From contig OZ255836.1 of NCBI GenBank assembly GCA_965277715.1, positions 1,536,001 through 1,600,000 of the forward strand: a stretch of DNA of 64,000 nt, given 5' to 3'. The translations under genes and the position numbers were made by a program. The notes below the pieces were generated by a model. The model was given only the letters and a program-made list of their open reading frames with translations, was not told the origin of the DNA and made no database searches. Shown in pieces: positions 9,150 to 18,686 of this stretch. The stretch's first letter is position 1; each line of letters opens with the position of its first letter. The stretch is from Gammaproteobacteria bacterium. GTDB lineage: Bacteria > Pseudomonadota > Gammaproteobacteria > JBCCGL01.

Positions 9150-10802
9150 TTAATCGTCTAAATAACTCGTGGATAAAATGTCCAGTTCAACGGACGTTTC
9201 TGATAAGCCCGCGCCTGGCAGCGCGGGCTTTTCTCTTTGTAACTCCATGTCGACTATCTCCCCCATAATCTCTGTGTGATCGATCAATTTCCCGGCGCGT
9301 TTCTTCGTTTCTAGCGTGTGCTTGTCCAGCCTGGCCAGCGCTTGTTTTTCTCGCGTCTGGATTGCGGCGGCTATCATTGATTCCGCCCGATAAGGTGATC
9401 GATTAATTTGCGGGGCATCACAAATCCACTCACCCTTTAATGTGCGTACCTTGATGTAGTCGTAGCTGTCCATACGGTACTCGATTACTACTTCCTCACG
9501 GTTGTGCGCCTCAAGCTCGGGCGCTGAGAAGCGATTTGAGTTAAATTGAATAACCCCCCGCACAACCTTCCGGGTTTCTTCATGCCAGTAATAAACGTGT
9601 TCGGGATTAATTACCGGTTGTCGATTTAAAGACTTCCATAGCGTAACCGGCGTAGTGCCTATCTCGCCGTGCTCGCGCTCGTTGTTGTACCAATGGATGT
9701 ATTTTTCCAGCCTATCTTGTAATTGTTCCAATGTTAAAAACGGTGAGTTGCCTGCCTTGTGTGCGTCTATTTGTTTTTTTAATTTCTCGTTGTGCGCCTG
9801 AGTTTTTTTCTTATCCGTATAGCCGGGCAGTACCACAAATAATTCGTCTTTAATCGTCCGGTTCCAGCGCTCTATATAGCCGTTATCCTTGGGGTTCCGG
9901 GCGCGTGATTTGTGGGCAGTAATGCCTAAACGGTCAAAGAATCGCTCGACCATTTTGGCTTTAAAGCCCGGCCCTTTGTCTGATTGAATCTCAGCGGGGA
10001 CGTGGTTGTGTCGTAGTAATGAATCAGTTACCGCGTTGACCGTTAGTATTGCAGACTCAGCTTCACCGATGGCCCAGCCCGTAATGTAGCGGCTGCGCAC
10101 ATCAATACACGGCGTTAGCTCAAAGCGCCGGGGTTCACCACTCACTGGGTGAATCACATACACAGGCATCATATTCCCGTCGATCTGGTAGCCGTGGCCG
10201 ACATCGATTACCGTGGCATCCCGTAAGTGGGGTTTACGCTGCGTATTGGCATACGCGAGACCACCCAGGCGTTGCTTGCCAAACTCGCCCTGATCAGCGG
10301 GCAGGCTGCCAATAACCCGCTCGACTTTGCGCCGTGTCACCTGCTTGCTCGCCCATCCTTCCTGCCACAATTGGCGTGCTACCCCCGCGATGGTTAGCCC
10401 TGCGTGCTGTTGGTACAGTGACATCGCTCGCACCTCCCAGCCTTCATCCTTATGTGTCCGGCCACGCCGGGTGTCGACTAACCCTTGCGCGCCGTGTTCT
10501 TTATAGGCTTTTACCCAGGTGTATATCCGGCTTCTGTCTGGGGTTTTGCCCGCTCGCCCGAGTGCCTTTGCCGCTTGTATAATATGGGGTTCACACTCGC
10601 CGCTTTTTATACGCAACAACATCAAGTTAATCGCGGCGCCGCGTTTAAACTTTAAACCTTCCAGCTCAGTAACGTACTCCACCAGCCGCATCCGCATCTT
10701 TGCTTTTTCCCGTTTCGCTTGGGTTAACACCTCCAGCGGCGTGGGCGGGGCGATCACCCGGCACGGCAGGCCAGGGTGGAGTACTTGTACGGCAGCGCTC
10801 AT
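9150..10802 (-). CDS. Mu-like DDE transposase A
   Basis: YQIDG, QSDKGPGF and NGYIERW catalytic D-D-E; N-terminal HTHs; ATGA-coupled start at 10802. Confidence 0.92.
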   Translation of the reverse strand: MSAAVQVLHPGLPCRVIAPPTPLEVLTQAKREKAKMRMRLVEYVTELEGLKFKRGAAINLMLLRIKSGECEPHIIQAAKALGRAGKTPDRSRIYTWVKAYKEHGAQGLVDTRRGRTHKDEGWEVRAMSLYQQHAGLTIAGVARQLWQEGWASKQVTRRKVERVIGSLPADQGEFGKQRLGGLAYANTQRKPHLRDATVIDVGHGYQIDGNMMPVYVIHPVSGEPRRFELTPCIDVRSRYITGWAIGEAESAILTVNAVTDSLLRHNHVPAEIQSDKGPGFKAKMVERFFDRLGITAHKSRARNPKDNGYIERWNRTIKDELFVVLPGYTDKKKTQAHNEKLKKQIDAHKAGNSPFLTLEQLQDRLEKYIHWYNNEREHGEIGTTPVTLWKSLNRQPVINPEHVYYWHEETRKVVRGVIQFNSNRFSAPELEAHNREEVVIEYRMDSYDYIKVRTLKGEWICDAPQINRSPYRAESMIAAAIQTREKQALARLDKHTLETKKRAGKLIDHTEIMGEIVDMELQREKPALPGAGLSETSVELDILSTSYLDD

Positions 10803-11812
10803 GATTTGGCCTTTGATCCCCTGGGTCGTCCTGGCCCTTTCTTGCTTTTGCGCTGGTCTTTGCGCGCCCATTCGCGGGCCTCTTTTGCGTGCACCAATGA
10901 CGCTAACCGGCTCTCGATGCGCAGCGCGTCATCGCCGGTAATGGGGGGCACATCGTCGACCTGCTGAACCCGGTAGTGCTCCCCCACTAGCGTGTCAAAC
11001 CGGTTCATCACATAACACAGCTTGGCGTAAGCGGCGGTTAAGTTCGCGTGTATCGTGGTCGCCGCGATTGAATATTCAGCGTGGCCAATGTCGCCATCAG
11101 AGTAGTCAGCATCTGGGGCGTTGATGCGCGTGATTAAGCGTTCAATCACATCCATTGATAAGCTGATGTCTTTCCCCGCTAACATGCTCTCCTCGCGGGC
11201 CTCCCTTACTACTAATGGGTAGAGTGAGTCTGTCTCTGGGTTAAGCTGCGCGCGCAATTCGTCGTTTCTACGTTGCTGAAGCTCGGTCAACCGCTCCTGG
11301 TCTGTTAATGCGTGGCGCAAGTCTTTCACTTGGCGCTCTGATGATTCTACCGCCTCGCGTGCCGACACTAACAGATCACTGAACGCGGCCTGATCCATCG
11401 CTGTTAACTCATCTGCTGAGTGGCCGAGTATCGTGCCGTCGTCATCCGTTATCTCGGCCAGCGTGGTATCTGGTAGTTTTCTTAATGCGTCAATTTTGCC
11501 ACCTTGCAAAAACACCAATTGGTGTTTTTGGGGGCTTGCCAAAACAAACTCTGCGCGTTTGTAATACCTCAGTGCTGTGTTATAAGGTATGCCGATCTCT
11601 TCTAGGGCTATCTGGAATTTGCCGTGTGGTTCCTGTTGTTTCAGAGACAGGAGCATCATGCCAAGCTGGAAGCTATTCTGTTTTATCTTTATGTAAGCGT
11701 CTTTTGCGCTCGACACTACCCAGTCATAATTGTACGGCCTGTCCATTAAGTAACCCTCTAACGCGTGCTCCTGGGCCTCAGTTACAGCAATGGCGGTGGT
11801 TTCTTCTTTCAT
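10799..11812 (-). CDS. DUF3102-like early protein
   Basis: LGMMLLSLKQQEPHGKF...IGIPYNTALRY motif plus coiled coil. Confidence 0.65.
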   Translation of the reverse strand: MKEETTAIAVTEAQEHALEGYLMDRPYNYDWVVSSAKDAYIKIKQNSFQLGMMLLSLKQQEPHGKFQIALEEIGIPYNTALRYYKRAEFVLASPQKHQLVFLQGGKIDALRKLPDTTLAEITDDDGTILGHSADELTAMDQAAFSDLLVSAREAVESSERQVKDLRHALTDQERLTELQQRRNDELRAQLNPETDSLYPLVVREAREESMLAGKDISLSMDVIERLITRINAPDADYSDGDIGHAEYSIAATTIHANLTAAYAKLCYVMNRFDTLVGEHYRVQQVDDVPPITGDDALRIESRLASLVHAKEAREWARKDQRKSKKGPGRPRGSKAKS

Positions 11813-12162
11813 CGTCTTTCCTCTGTTGGCAGTGTTTGTCGGTATCGCGTCTCAGCAGCGTCTATGAGTGCTTGCAACTCGACGATGTACGTGTCGATGT
11901 TCTGAGTCCCATGTGCACGTGCCATTGCTTGATTCAGTCCGTTACTCACCCCTGCACGCAGTGATAGCGTTGCCGCCATCGCACACCCACCAACGCTCTG
12001 GCCAGAAAACAGGTTTATAATGCGTTCGAGTTGAACTGCTATTTCAGCGTCTAGTGCCCTTTCTAAAGTTGTCTTTGCGACGATTAGCCTTATATTAATC
12101 GAGGCCTCAATGCCCTGGATAATGATCCGCTGGGCGCTGTCTGTGATTTCTGTTGGAGTCAT
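11809..12162 (-). CDS. Hypothetical phage protein
   Basis: GAGG RBS, ATGA overlap. Confidence 0.6.
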   Translation of the reverse strand: MTPTEITDSAQRIIIQGIEASINIRLIVAKTTLERALDAEIAVQLERIINLFSGQSVGGCAMAATLSLRAGVSNGLNQAMARAHGTQNIDTYIVELQALIDAAETRYRQTLPTEERR

Positions 12163-12170
12163 ATCTACCT

Positions 12171-12701
12171 CTAATAACCAAATTGTTTTTTAAGGCGCGT
12201 TTGCTTTTGCCGTGCATCCGCCTGGGTTAATAATGTGTACCCCAGCTCCGCCGCCTGCTGATCTTCCCCATTCGCTATGCCCATGCCGATTGCTGTGACG
12301 ATCACGCGCAGCGGGTCAGTAACCCCCAGCGTTGCCCACATAAATGCCGGTAAGTACTTCGCGGGCATATCTCGATCTTCGGCGCTTTGCGCCGTCCAGC
12401 CGTTGAGCTTGCGTACTGTGATTTGCTCAGCTTTGTCTGTAATGCAAAGGTTCATTCTGTCTACCACACGCTCCCGGCTGATGCCGTTCTGCCGGGCGGT
12501 ACGCAGGGCGTAATTAATCGCACCGAGCAACTCCATCTTTATGTCCAAATCTGGTGCGTTTTCATCGTGAATCACGGTCGATAAATGTTGCTGGAAAAAA
12601 TCAGGCTGAAAGGCGGTCATATTTAGCCCCGTATTGACCAGTGACGTGACGCTGCTGGTCTGTTGAAATAAGCGTTCATTGAGTGACGGCTGGTGTATCA
12701 A
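12171..12701 (-). CDS. Early regulatory-type hypothetical protein
   Basis: SRERVVDRM...LNGWTAQS...PAKYLPAF; immediately downstream of ner; start uncertain. Confidence 0.6.
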   Translation of the reverse strand: MIHQPSLNERLFQQTSSVTSLVNTGLNMTAFQPDFFQQHLSTVIHDENAPDLDIKMELLGAINYALRTARQNGISRERVVDRMNLCITDKAEQITVRKLNGWTAQSAEDRDMPAKYLPAFMWATLGVTDPLRVIVTAIGMGIANGEDQQAAELGYTLLTQADARQKQTRLKKQFGY

Positions 12702-12958
12702 GTGCCATACTCTTTATTACGCGGCTTGCTGTAACGCCCATCTGGCCACATGCGGCTCATTGGAAGATCAGTAATAGCCGATATATAAGACGCGACGTTA
12801 TATGACGTTAACCGCCTGTGAATCACATTGTTTACAAGCGTTCGATCAACCTTTAGCTGTGTGGCTATTTTTTGTTGCGAATACCCGGCTTTGGTTAGTG
12901 CACATATAATGTCTGCTGGATGTAAGCCGCTGGAGTGATCCGTTATATGGATTGGCAT
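12698..12958 (-). CDS. ner: Ner-like HTH regulator
   Basis: HPADIICAL...GYSQQKIA...MWPDGRY; divergent from the repressor. Confidence 0.8.
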   Translation of the reverse strand: MPIHITDHSSGLHPADIICALTKAGYSQQKIATQLKVDRTLVNNVIHRRLTSYNVASYISAITDLPMSRMWPDGRYSKPRNKEYGT

Positions 12959-13037
12959 AATTATGTGCTCCGTTTTTGTTTTGCGGTATTTGCCGCTTTT
13001 TTTGGGTTTGTGGAAATAACTTTAGTGCTTGAATACT

Positions 13038-13067
13038 AATATAGTGGTTTAAATAGATACATGTCAA
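13038..13067 (-). promoter_or_regulatory. Putative early promoter Pe
   Basis: Minus-strand TTGACA-N18-TATATT pointing at ner. Confidence 0.55.
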
Positions 13068-13663
13068 GTGAAAAAACTAATAAATTGGGTTTTAGGATCA
13101 AAAACTTATTGAAAGATGCCGGTGGCGCAATTATTTTGTCTAAAAAAATAGGCAAAAACAAAAATACAATTTACAACTGGATTAACAAAAATAGCGTTCC
13201 TTCTGATGATTTGATATTGCTCGCAGAAGCTCTGGGCGTTAGTGTTACTTGGTTGTTGACAGGAGAAGGGGATCGATTCCCTTCTGACGGTGACTACTCA
13301 TTTAAAGAGTCCTCAGAAAGGCAAAGCGCCCCGCAGGGCGTTGAGCAACCAGCGGCGGCTTACAATGTCACGCCGTCGCCGAGCGCAACCCTGCAAGCGA
13401 AATCGGCGGCAGAGCGTGTACTGGAAGCCGCGATCGCTCTAGAACTCCCTTGGTCTGCGGCGGTCGCTGCGTTGGTTGATGAGGTAAAAAAAAACCCAGG
13501 AATGCACGATGCAAAGATTGGCGCCGAGTTATCGAAACTGACTGCGCCGGTGCCGGTGCAAGCAAAGCCGCCTCAAGTCGAGACCGTTCAAAAAGTATGG
13601 TCGGGAGTCGACCGCCGGGATTGCAGTAGTTCGTGCAATAATGATAGCGGTTCGTGTGTTTGA
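13061..13663 (+). CDS. Prophage repressor (XRE HTH, no S24 domain)
   Basis: NTIYNW...LAEALGVSVTWLLTGEG; divergent from ner. Confidence 0.85.
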   Translation: MSSEKTNKLGFRIKNLLKDAGGAIILSKKIGKNKNTIYNWINKNSVPSDDLILLAEALGVSVTWLLTGEGDRFPSDGDYSFKESSERQSAPQGVEQPAAAYNVTPSPSATLQAKSAAERVLEAAIALELPWSAAVAALVDEVKKNPGMHDAKIGAELSKLTAPVPVQAKPPQVETVQKVWSGVDRRDCSSSCNNDSGSCV

Positions 13664-13680
13664 ATTGACTAAAGGGGGGC

Positions 13681-13767
13681 ATGGGATTAAAACTAATATT
13701 GCCGCTTGCCGTTATGTGTTTTTTTATAATCACAGCGCGATGGCTTAGGCGCTGTAGCGGTCGCTAA
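13681..13767 (+). CDS. Possible 28-aa membrane peptide
   Basis: MGLKLILPLAVMCFFIITARWLRRCSGR with a G-rich RBS; below the ORF track cutoff. Confidence 0.3.
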   Translation: MGLKLILPLAVMCFFIITARWLRRCSGR

Positions 13768-13781
13768 CGTGAGGGGGAGTT

Positions 13782-14030
13782 GTGGACTTTATAATTATTA
13801 TTATTGCTGTGTCCTGGCCAATCGTGCTCTATGCGCTAGGGCGTTTGGGCCTGAATGCTGTGAATATCTTATTAGTTGTCGCTATTATCTTTTACCCCGC
13901 AGCAAGATATGTCATGAAAAGTCTAGGGGTTGAGGGGGACGCTCTCTTGTTTTCAACTCTAGTTGTTTGTGCTGTATCTGCTGTTTTGATTGGTTGGTTT
14001 AATAGCGAAAGAAGGGGCCGGTCTAAATAA
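13782..14030 (+). CDS. Small three-TM membrane protein
   Basis: Three hydrophobic segments, GGGGAG RBS. Confidence 0.6.
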   Translation: MDFIIIIIAVSWPIVLYALGRLGLNAVNILLVVAIIFYPAARYVMKSLGVEGDALLFSTLVVCAVSAVLIGWFNSERRGRSK

Positions 14031-14180
14031 GCTTTTGACACGACGTTTCAGAGTGTTACGAACCGTGCCCTGAGAGTCCCTCAGAGGCCGCTGACGGGCC
14101 GATCTGTTTATCACTCTAATGCTATGAATAATTTTCTTTGGTGGTTTTTAATAGGGTTTTATTAGGGTTTTAATAGGGGG
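14031..14180. other. Putative strong gyrase site
   Basis: Non-coding; 11-bp tandem GGGTTTTAATA-like x3 at 14143-14175 and a roughly helically phased arm at 14035-14100; mid-genome position. Confidence 0.5.
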
Positions 14181-14309
14181 TATGGATTGGCGGCAGGGTC
14201 GGTGGTGGTTTCTGTTGTTGATTTTGACGTATTCAACCTGTGATGCCCTATTATTTGATGGGTGCCCAGCATCTGCGCTGGGCTAATTTTAATGGCAAGG
14301 TGGGGAATA

Positions 14310-15200
14310 ATGACAGATACTTACGTTATTGAAACGACTTACAGTATCAGCTACACAACCAAACAGCCTGTGCCGATCCCGGATGTGATTAAAGCATTGT
14401 GCAATGTCGAGCAATTGCTTTATCGTACACCAGCGTTTGTCGAGTATTCGTTGCCTGGTGTCAGGGTTGTTTCAACAGACGTTTTTATTGATTCGATCCG
14501 TGGCGGTAGTTTAATAAAGAACTTTCTAATCAAGTACGTGATGAAGACGGAAAAAAATTATGAAGATGCAACGAAAGTTATCGAAAGGGTGATTGAGGAT
14601 AATGCGGTGATTAGAACTGTCGTTGCCGTTGGGGTGGGGTCGGTGTTGACCTACGGTGTGATGAGCGCATTGCCGAAAAATGCACCATCGACACATATCG
14701 AATTTTACAAAAACAATATTAATACATTTGGGGCAGACGCCAATCTTAGCGGTGATGCGATTCGCGGTATTGTCGAGTCGATCACGGATAAAAAAGCACT
14801 GGCTAAAGAAGCGGTCGGTGCCTTGGCGCCAGCACATGCGGATTCTAGCGCCGAGGTTCAAATGTCTGGCTATGAGTTACTCACGTTCCCAGCGGCAGCA
14901 GTAGCGGAGGCGCCCAAAGAATACGAGGCTCCTATGCCTGAACACAAGGACGTGCGTTATCAGGACGTGAGGATACTGATTTCAGCGAGTGACCGTGACC
15001 GCTCTGCTAATGGTTGGGCGGGCATGGTTCCGGAAGTTGTTGACACACGCACAAAGATCATTCTAGATGAGGGTGTTGACCCAAGGGAGATCCACGGTAA
15101 AACGCGTGTGGTCGGTGATGTGACTATCACGAGTAAGTATGTTAACGCAAAGAAGGCGTTTGAGGCGAAACAGATACTCATTCATGCTATTAATGAATGA
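14310..15200 (+). CDS. Hypothetical moron protein (~296 aa)
   Basis: Long ORF, GGGG RBS before ATG 14310, one central hydrophobic segment. Confidence 0.75.
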   Translation: MTDTYVIETTYSISYTTKQPVPIPDVIKALCNVEQLLYRTPAFVEYSLPGVRVVSTDVFIDSIRGGSLIKNFLIKYVMKTEKNYEDATKVIERVIEDNAVIRTVVAVGVGSVLTYGVMSALPKNAPSTHIEFYKNNINTFGADANLSGDAIRGIVESITDKKALAKEAVGALAPAHADSSAEVQMSGYELLTFPAAAVAEAPKEYEAPMPEHKDVRYQDVRILISASDRDRSANGWAGMVPEVVDTRTKIILDEGVDPREIHGKTRVVGDVTITSKYVNAKKAFEAKQILIHAINE

Positions 15201-15271
15201 TCTTGAATTGACGTGGATGTGAACGCCGCTAAACTCTACGCCCTCTGTTACACCCCCTTGTAACTACTCCG

Positions 15272-15324
15272 CCGGGAAGTATTTCCCGGTTATCCGGTTT
15301 TTACCTGTCGGCCATGATGCACAC
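15272..15324 (+). promoter_or_regulatory. Late promoter with Mor/C-type activator dyad
   Basis: CCGGGAA-GTAT-TTCCCGG, then 23 nt, CATGAT, 6 nt, ATG. Confidence 0.7.
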
Positions 15325-16539
15325 ATGGCGACATTACACTTTAAAGGTTTCGACGATTACATCGATTTGTTTAGCGCTGGTGAGCAGACCGACAGCGCGG
15401 GCAATACCCGCATATGGACGCAAGCCGAGCTTGATCAGATGGTTGCGAACCACTCGGCGGAAAGTGCTGCGCCTGCCGTTGTCGGTCACCCGAGCAGCGA
15501 CGCCCCAGCCTACGGCTGGCTATCTGATGTACGCCGCAACGGTGATACATTGCAAGGCAAGTTTGACCAAGTCAATCCTGATTTTGAACAAGCTGTCCGT
15601 AGCGGCAGTTATAAGAATCGATCAATATCACTCGACCACTCCCCTGAGTCCGGCTTCTCAATAAGACATGTCGGCTGGCTCGGCGGCGTTGCGCCCGCCA
15701 TTCCGGGGTTGCGTCCTGTTCAGTTTTCAAGCGAAGCCCCGGCGCATACGTTTACCACTAGTGCCTTGGTTTATGAGGAGAGCTATGCGTGGTCGAATGT
15801 AGCCAAGTTGCTGCGCGGCATGCGTGAATTTTTCATTTCAGAAAAAGGTCAGGAGCGTGCAGACGAGCTGATGCCTAACTATTCCATTCAAGAACTCAGC
15901 GACCACGCAACGACATTGCGTAACACACCGATCAATCCATCGGAACCTTCCCCCGCTTTCGGGCGGGGTGTTTTTTCCGAGCCGACGATTAAACCAACTC
16001 ACACAAACCCAGGAGGTGCCCCAGTGACGGTCACACAAGAACAGCTCGATGCAGCGAATGCACGAGCTGCAACCGCAGAAGCGCAGATTGCGACGTTTGA
16101 AAAAGAAAACGCAACGGCAGCGGCAGCGCTCGCTGCTGAAAAAGAAAAAGTCCGCCGGGCGGACTTTTCAAAAAAAGTCGATGCACTGATTGCTGATAGG
16201 CGTATTTTGCCCGCCAGCCGTGACGGTGTTATCGAATTTATGATGTCCTTGCCCGCTGATGAGGCGGTTGTGATCGAGTTCAGTGCCGGTGACAGCATCA
16301 AAAAACAATCACCCAGCGCGTGGTTTTCTGAATTTGCGGCGGCATTGCCGCAGGTGGGGCCAAAACTCGGCGTTGAAATGACGCCAGAAAGCGGCCCGCC
16401 GACGCACAACTTTAGTGCACCGGAGGGCTACCAAGTGGATACCGCAGCAGCGGCGCTGCACGGTAAAGCGCTGGAGTATCAAGCTACACATAAGTGTGAC
16501 TACATCACCGCTGTAAACGCTGTGGAGGTTCGTTCATGA
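15325..16539 (+). CDS. Prohead protease/scaffold
   Basis: VVGHP...PAYGW, YKNRSIS and HVGWLGGVAPAIPGL; helical scaffold-like C-terminus. Confidence 0.88.
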   Translation: MATLHFKGFDDYIDLFSAGEQTDSAGNTRIWTQAELDQMVANHSAESAAPAVVGHPSSDAPAYGWLSDVRRNGDTLQGKFDQVNPDFEQAVRSGSYKNRSISLDHSPESGFSIRHVGWLGGVAPAIPGLRPVQFSSEAPAHTFTTSALVYEESYAWSNVAKLLRGMREFFISEKGQERADELMPNYSIQELSDHATTLRNTPINPSEPSPAFGRGVFSEPTIKPTHTNPGGAPVTVTQEQLDAANARAATAEAQIATFEKENATAAAALAAEKEKVRRADFSKKVDALIADRRILPASRDGVIEFMMSLPADEAVVIEFSAGDSIKKQSPSAWFSEFAAALPQVGPKLGVEMTPESGPPTHNFSAPEGYQVDTAAAALHGKALEYQATHKCDYITAVNAVEVRS

Positions 16540-16877
16540 GCACGCACAGGGCAATTATGGTGCCGACTGTCAAGGCAGCAGAGGCAATCCCCCAATACCG
16601 ATTCGTTACTTACACCGGCGGGCTTGCGGCTGCCGGTGCCCATGCGCTCGGCGTATCGCAATATGCAGCGGGCAGTGGTGAATTGCTGGCCGTCACCGCG
16701 CAAGGCACGGCGATAGTCGAGGCGGGCGGTGCCCTGGCTGCCGGTGATGCTGTATCTGCTGACGCGAATTCACGCGCTGTAGAACGAACCGACGGTGTAA
16801 TGCTGGGGCGCGTAGCGCCGGGTGCGTCTGCATTAGTGCCTGGCAGTAAAGTCGAAATTATTCTAATCCTTAATTAA
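16536..16877 (+). CDS. Capsid cement/decoration protein (DUF2190-like)
   Basis: Gly/Ala-rich, ALGV...GTAIVEAGG; lies between protease and capsid genes. Confidence 0.75.
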   Translation: MSTHRAIMVPTVKAAEAIPQYRFVTYTGGLAAAGAHALGVSQYAAGSGELLAVTAQGTAIVEAGGALAAGDAVSADANSRAVERTDGVMLGRVAPGASALVPGSKVEIILILN

Positions 16878-16892
16878 TCAGGACAGCTAACA

Positions 16893-17849
16893 ATGAATAC
16901 ACAGCAAGCCAGAGTAGTCGACCCGATACTCACAACACATTCACGTGGTTACACTAGCAGTGATGTGATGCGTGTCGGCCAGATTCTCTTCCCCCGTGCA
17001 CCCGTAACGAGCCGTGGTGCAAAGATCATCACATTTGGCCGTGAGCACTACCGTATTTACGATGCGCAACGCGCCCCTGGCGGGGATAAAAAGCGGGTGC
17101 GCGTTGGTTACACTGACTCGACAGTCAGCCTCAGCCAGCGGTCACTCTCCGGTGAAGTCGCATTCGAGGTTTTGCAAGACGCCAATACAGTGCCGATGAT
17201 TGACTTAGGGCGTCGAGCTGTGAATGTGCCAAGTGAATCACTGGCGCGTGAGCAGGAGCTCTTGCAAGCGACACTGGCGCAAGATGTTAACAACTATGCG
17301 GCCGGGAATAAATTGGCCCTCACTGGAGCCGACAAATGGAGTGCTTATGACACCTCAGACCCCGGTAGGCAAGTCGACGACGCGCACGAGGTTATCCGAT
17401 CAAAAATAGGGCGGCGTGCAAATGTGTTGGCCCTTGGCCCGGTTGTCTGTGTCAAAGCCAAGCGACACCCCAAGATCGTAGGGCATTTTTACAGCGGTGT
17501 AAAAAATGGCCCGGCCACGGTATCAAATGAACAGCTTGCGGAGTACTTCGGTGTGAAGCGCGTTATTACCGGTGATGATGTGTATCTCGCCAAGGATGAC
17601 GGCGACGATGCGGATTTCCGGGATATGTGGGGCAACAGCGCTGTGTTGGCGTTTGTGCCATCGGTTGATGGAGTCGGAGACATAGAGGTGCCTAGCTATG
17701 GTTACACATACTATCTGAGAGATCACCCATTTGTTGAATCGCCGTGGCAAGATCGTGACCATGACGTGTGGGTGTACCCGGTTAGAGATGAATATCAGCC
17801 GGTACTGACCGGCATGGATGCGGGCTTCCTTTTCTCAAACGTTGTTTAG
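16893..17849 (+). CDS. Major capsid protein
   Basis: VVDPILT...GY, DKWS..TSDP, WG and PSYGYTY motifs; 318 aa. Confidence 0.85.
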   Translation: MNTQQARVVDPILTTHSRGYTSSDVMRVGQILFPRAPVTSRGAKIITFGREHYRIYDAQRAPGGDKKRVRVGYTDSTVSLSQRSLSGEVAFEVLQDANTVPMIDLGRRAVNVPSESLAREQELLQATLAQDVNNYAAGNKLALTGADKWSAYDTSDPGRQVDDAHEVIRSKIGRRANVLALGPVVCVKAKRHPKIVGHFYSGVKNGPATVSNEQLAEYFGVKRVITGDDVYLAKDDGDDADFRDMWGNSAVLAFVPSVDGVGDIEVPSYGYTYYLRDHPFVESPWQDRDHDVWVYPVRDEYQPVLTGMDAGFLFSNVV

Positions 17850-18334
17850 TGATGGGTAACCGATACACCGTACTCAGCCCGTTGATGATCGCGGGTGAGA
17901 AAGTGACCACCGGTGTCGTTACCATGTCCAGTGAAGACGCTGCGGCATTAGTCGCGTGTGGGGTCTTGGCCCTGGTGATTGAAACAGTACCGGACACGTC
18001 GACACATGACCGAATGGCTATCATCGCGGCGGCGATCAGTGAACTGGATGAGGATAACAAAGACCACTGGACACATGGTGGCAAGCCGAACATTAGAACG
18101 CTTGCTTCAATTACCGGCTCGTTGGTCAAGGCAAAAGAACGTGACGACGCGTGGGATGCAATCCAGTCGACGGGTGAGCAGCTAAACAAACTTATTGCCG
18201 CAATCACTGCGATGCCCAAAGGCTTAACGCCGGATGCTGATGAGCTCAGCCATGACTTGGGGTTTACCGTGACACGCAGCGATATAGCGTATGCGCTGGC
18301 GCAGCTTGCGGCAGAAGCCGAACAGACTGATTAG
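17849..18334 (+). CDS. Head accessory protein (HI1506/Mu gp35-like)
   Basis: WTHGGKPN...ERDDAW motif; directly after capsid. Confidence 0.6.
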   Translation: MMGNRYTVLSPLMIAGEKVTTGVVTMSSEDAAALVACGVLALVIETVPDTSTHDRMAIIAAAISELDEDNKDHWTHGGKPNIRTLASITGSLVKAKERDDAWDAIQSTGEQLNKLIAAITAMPKGLTPDADELSHDLGFTVTRSDIAYALAQLAAEAEQTD

Positions 18335-18340
18335 ATCACC

Positions 18341-18679
18341 ATGACACAGAGACAGAGACCGCATATGAAATCAGTTTACACCGCTGGCAGGAATCAGTTC
18401 GACCATCAGAACTTGATGATACTAATGCAGGGTATCAAACAAGCGATGATAAAAGAGAAGGTCAATGGTGAAGTTAAAGTCGCTGTTGATTTATTCAATA
18501 ACGCACTAATTGAACATGCAGAGAGTTCAATAGAGCTCGGCGGCGGTGAGCACGCTCAGCGGCTCGGTCAGCTTGAGAAAGAAGTTAGTTCCTTGAGACG
18601 GTGGAAGATCGGCGGCATGGCTGCGACAGCCGGTTTCGTGTTAGCTATGCTGCAAATCGCTAATTTAGTGCTCGGATAA
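18341..18679 (+). CDS. Coiled-coil protein with C-terminal TM
   Basis: RLGQLEKEVSSLRRWK followed by a hydrophobic tail. Confidence 0.55.
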   Translation: MTQRQRPHMKSVYTAGRNQFDHQNLMILMQGIKQAMIKEKVNGEVKVAVDLFNNALIEHAESSIELGGGEHAQRLGQLEKEVSSLRRWKIGGMAATAGFVLAMLQIANLVLG

Positions 18680-18686
18680 GGCGCTA

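Noticed and set aside
9128-9152. TAAC...GTTA mini-hairpin after the transposase gene
   Set aside because: Too short for an attC and overlaps an RBS
1-13059. TAAATAGATA at both 1-10 and 13050-13059
   Set aside because: A 10-bp AT-rich match is plausible by chance
14143-14175. Tandem repeats as a CRISPR array
   Set aside because: 11-bp units without spacers; no cas genes
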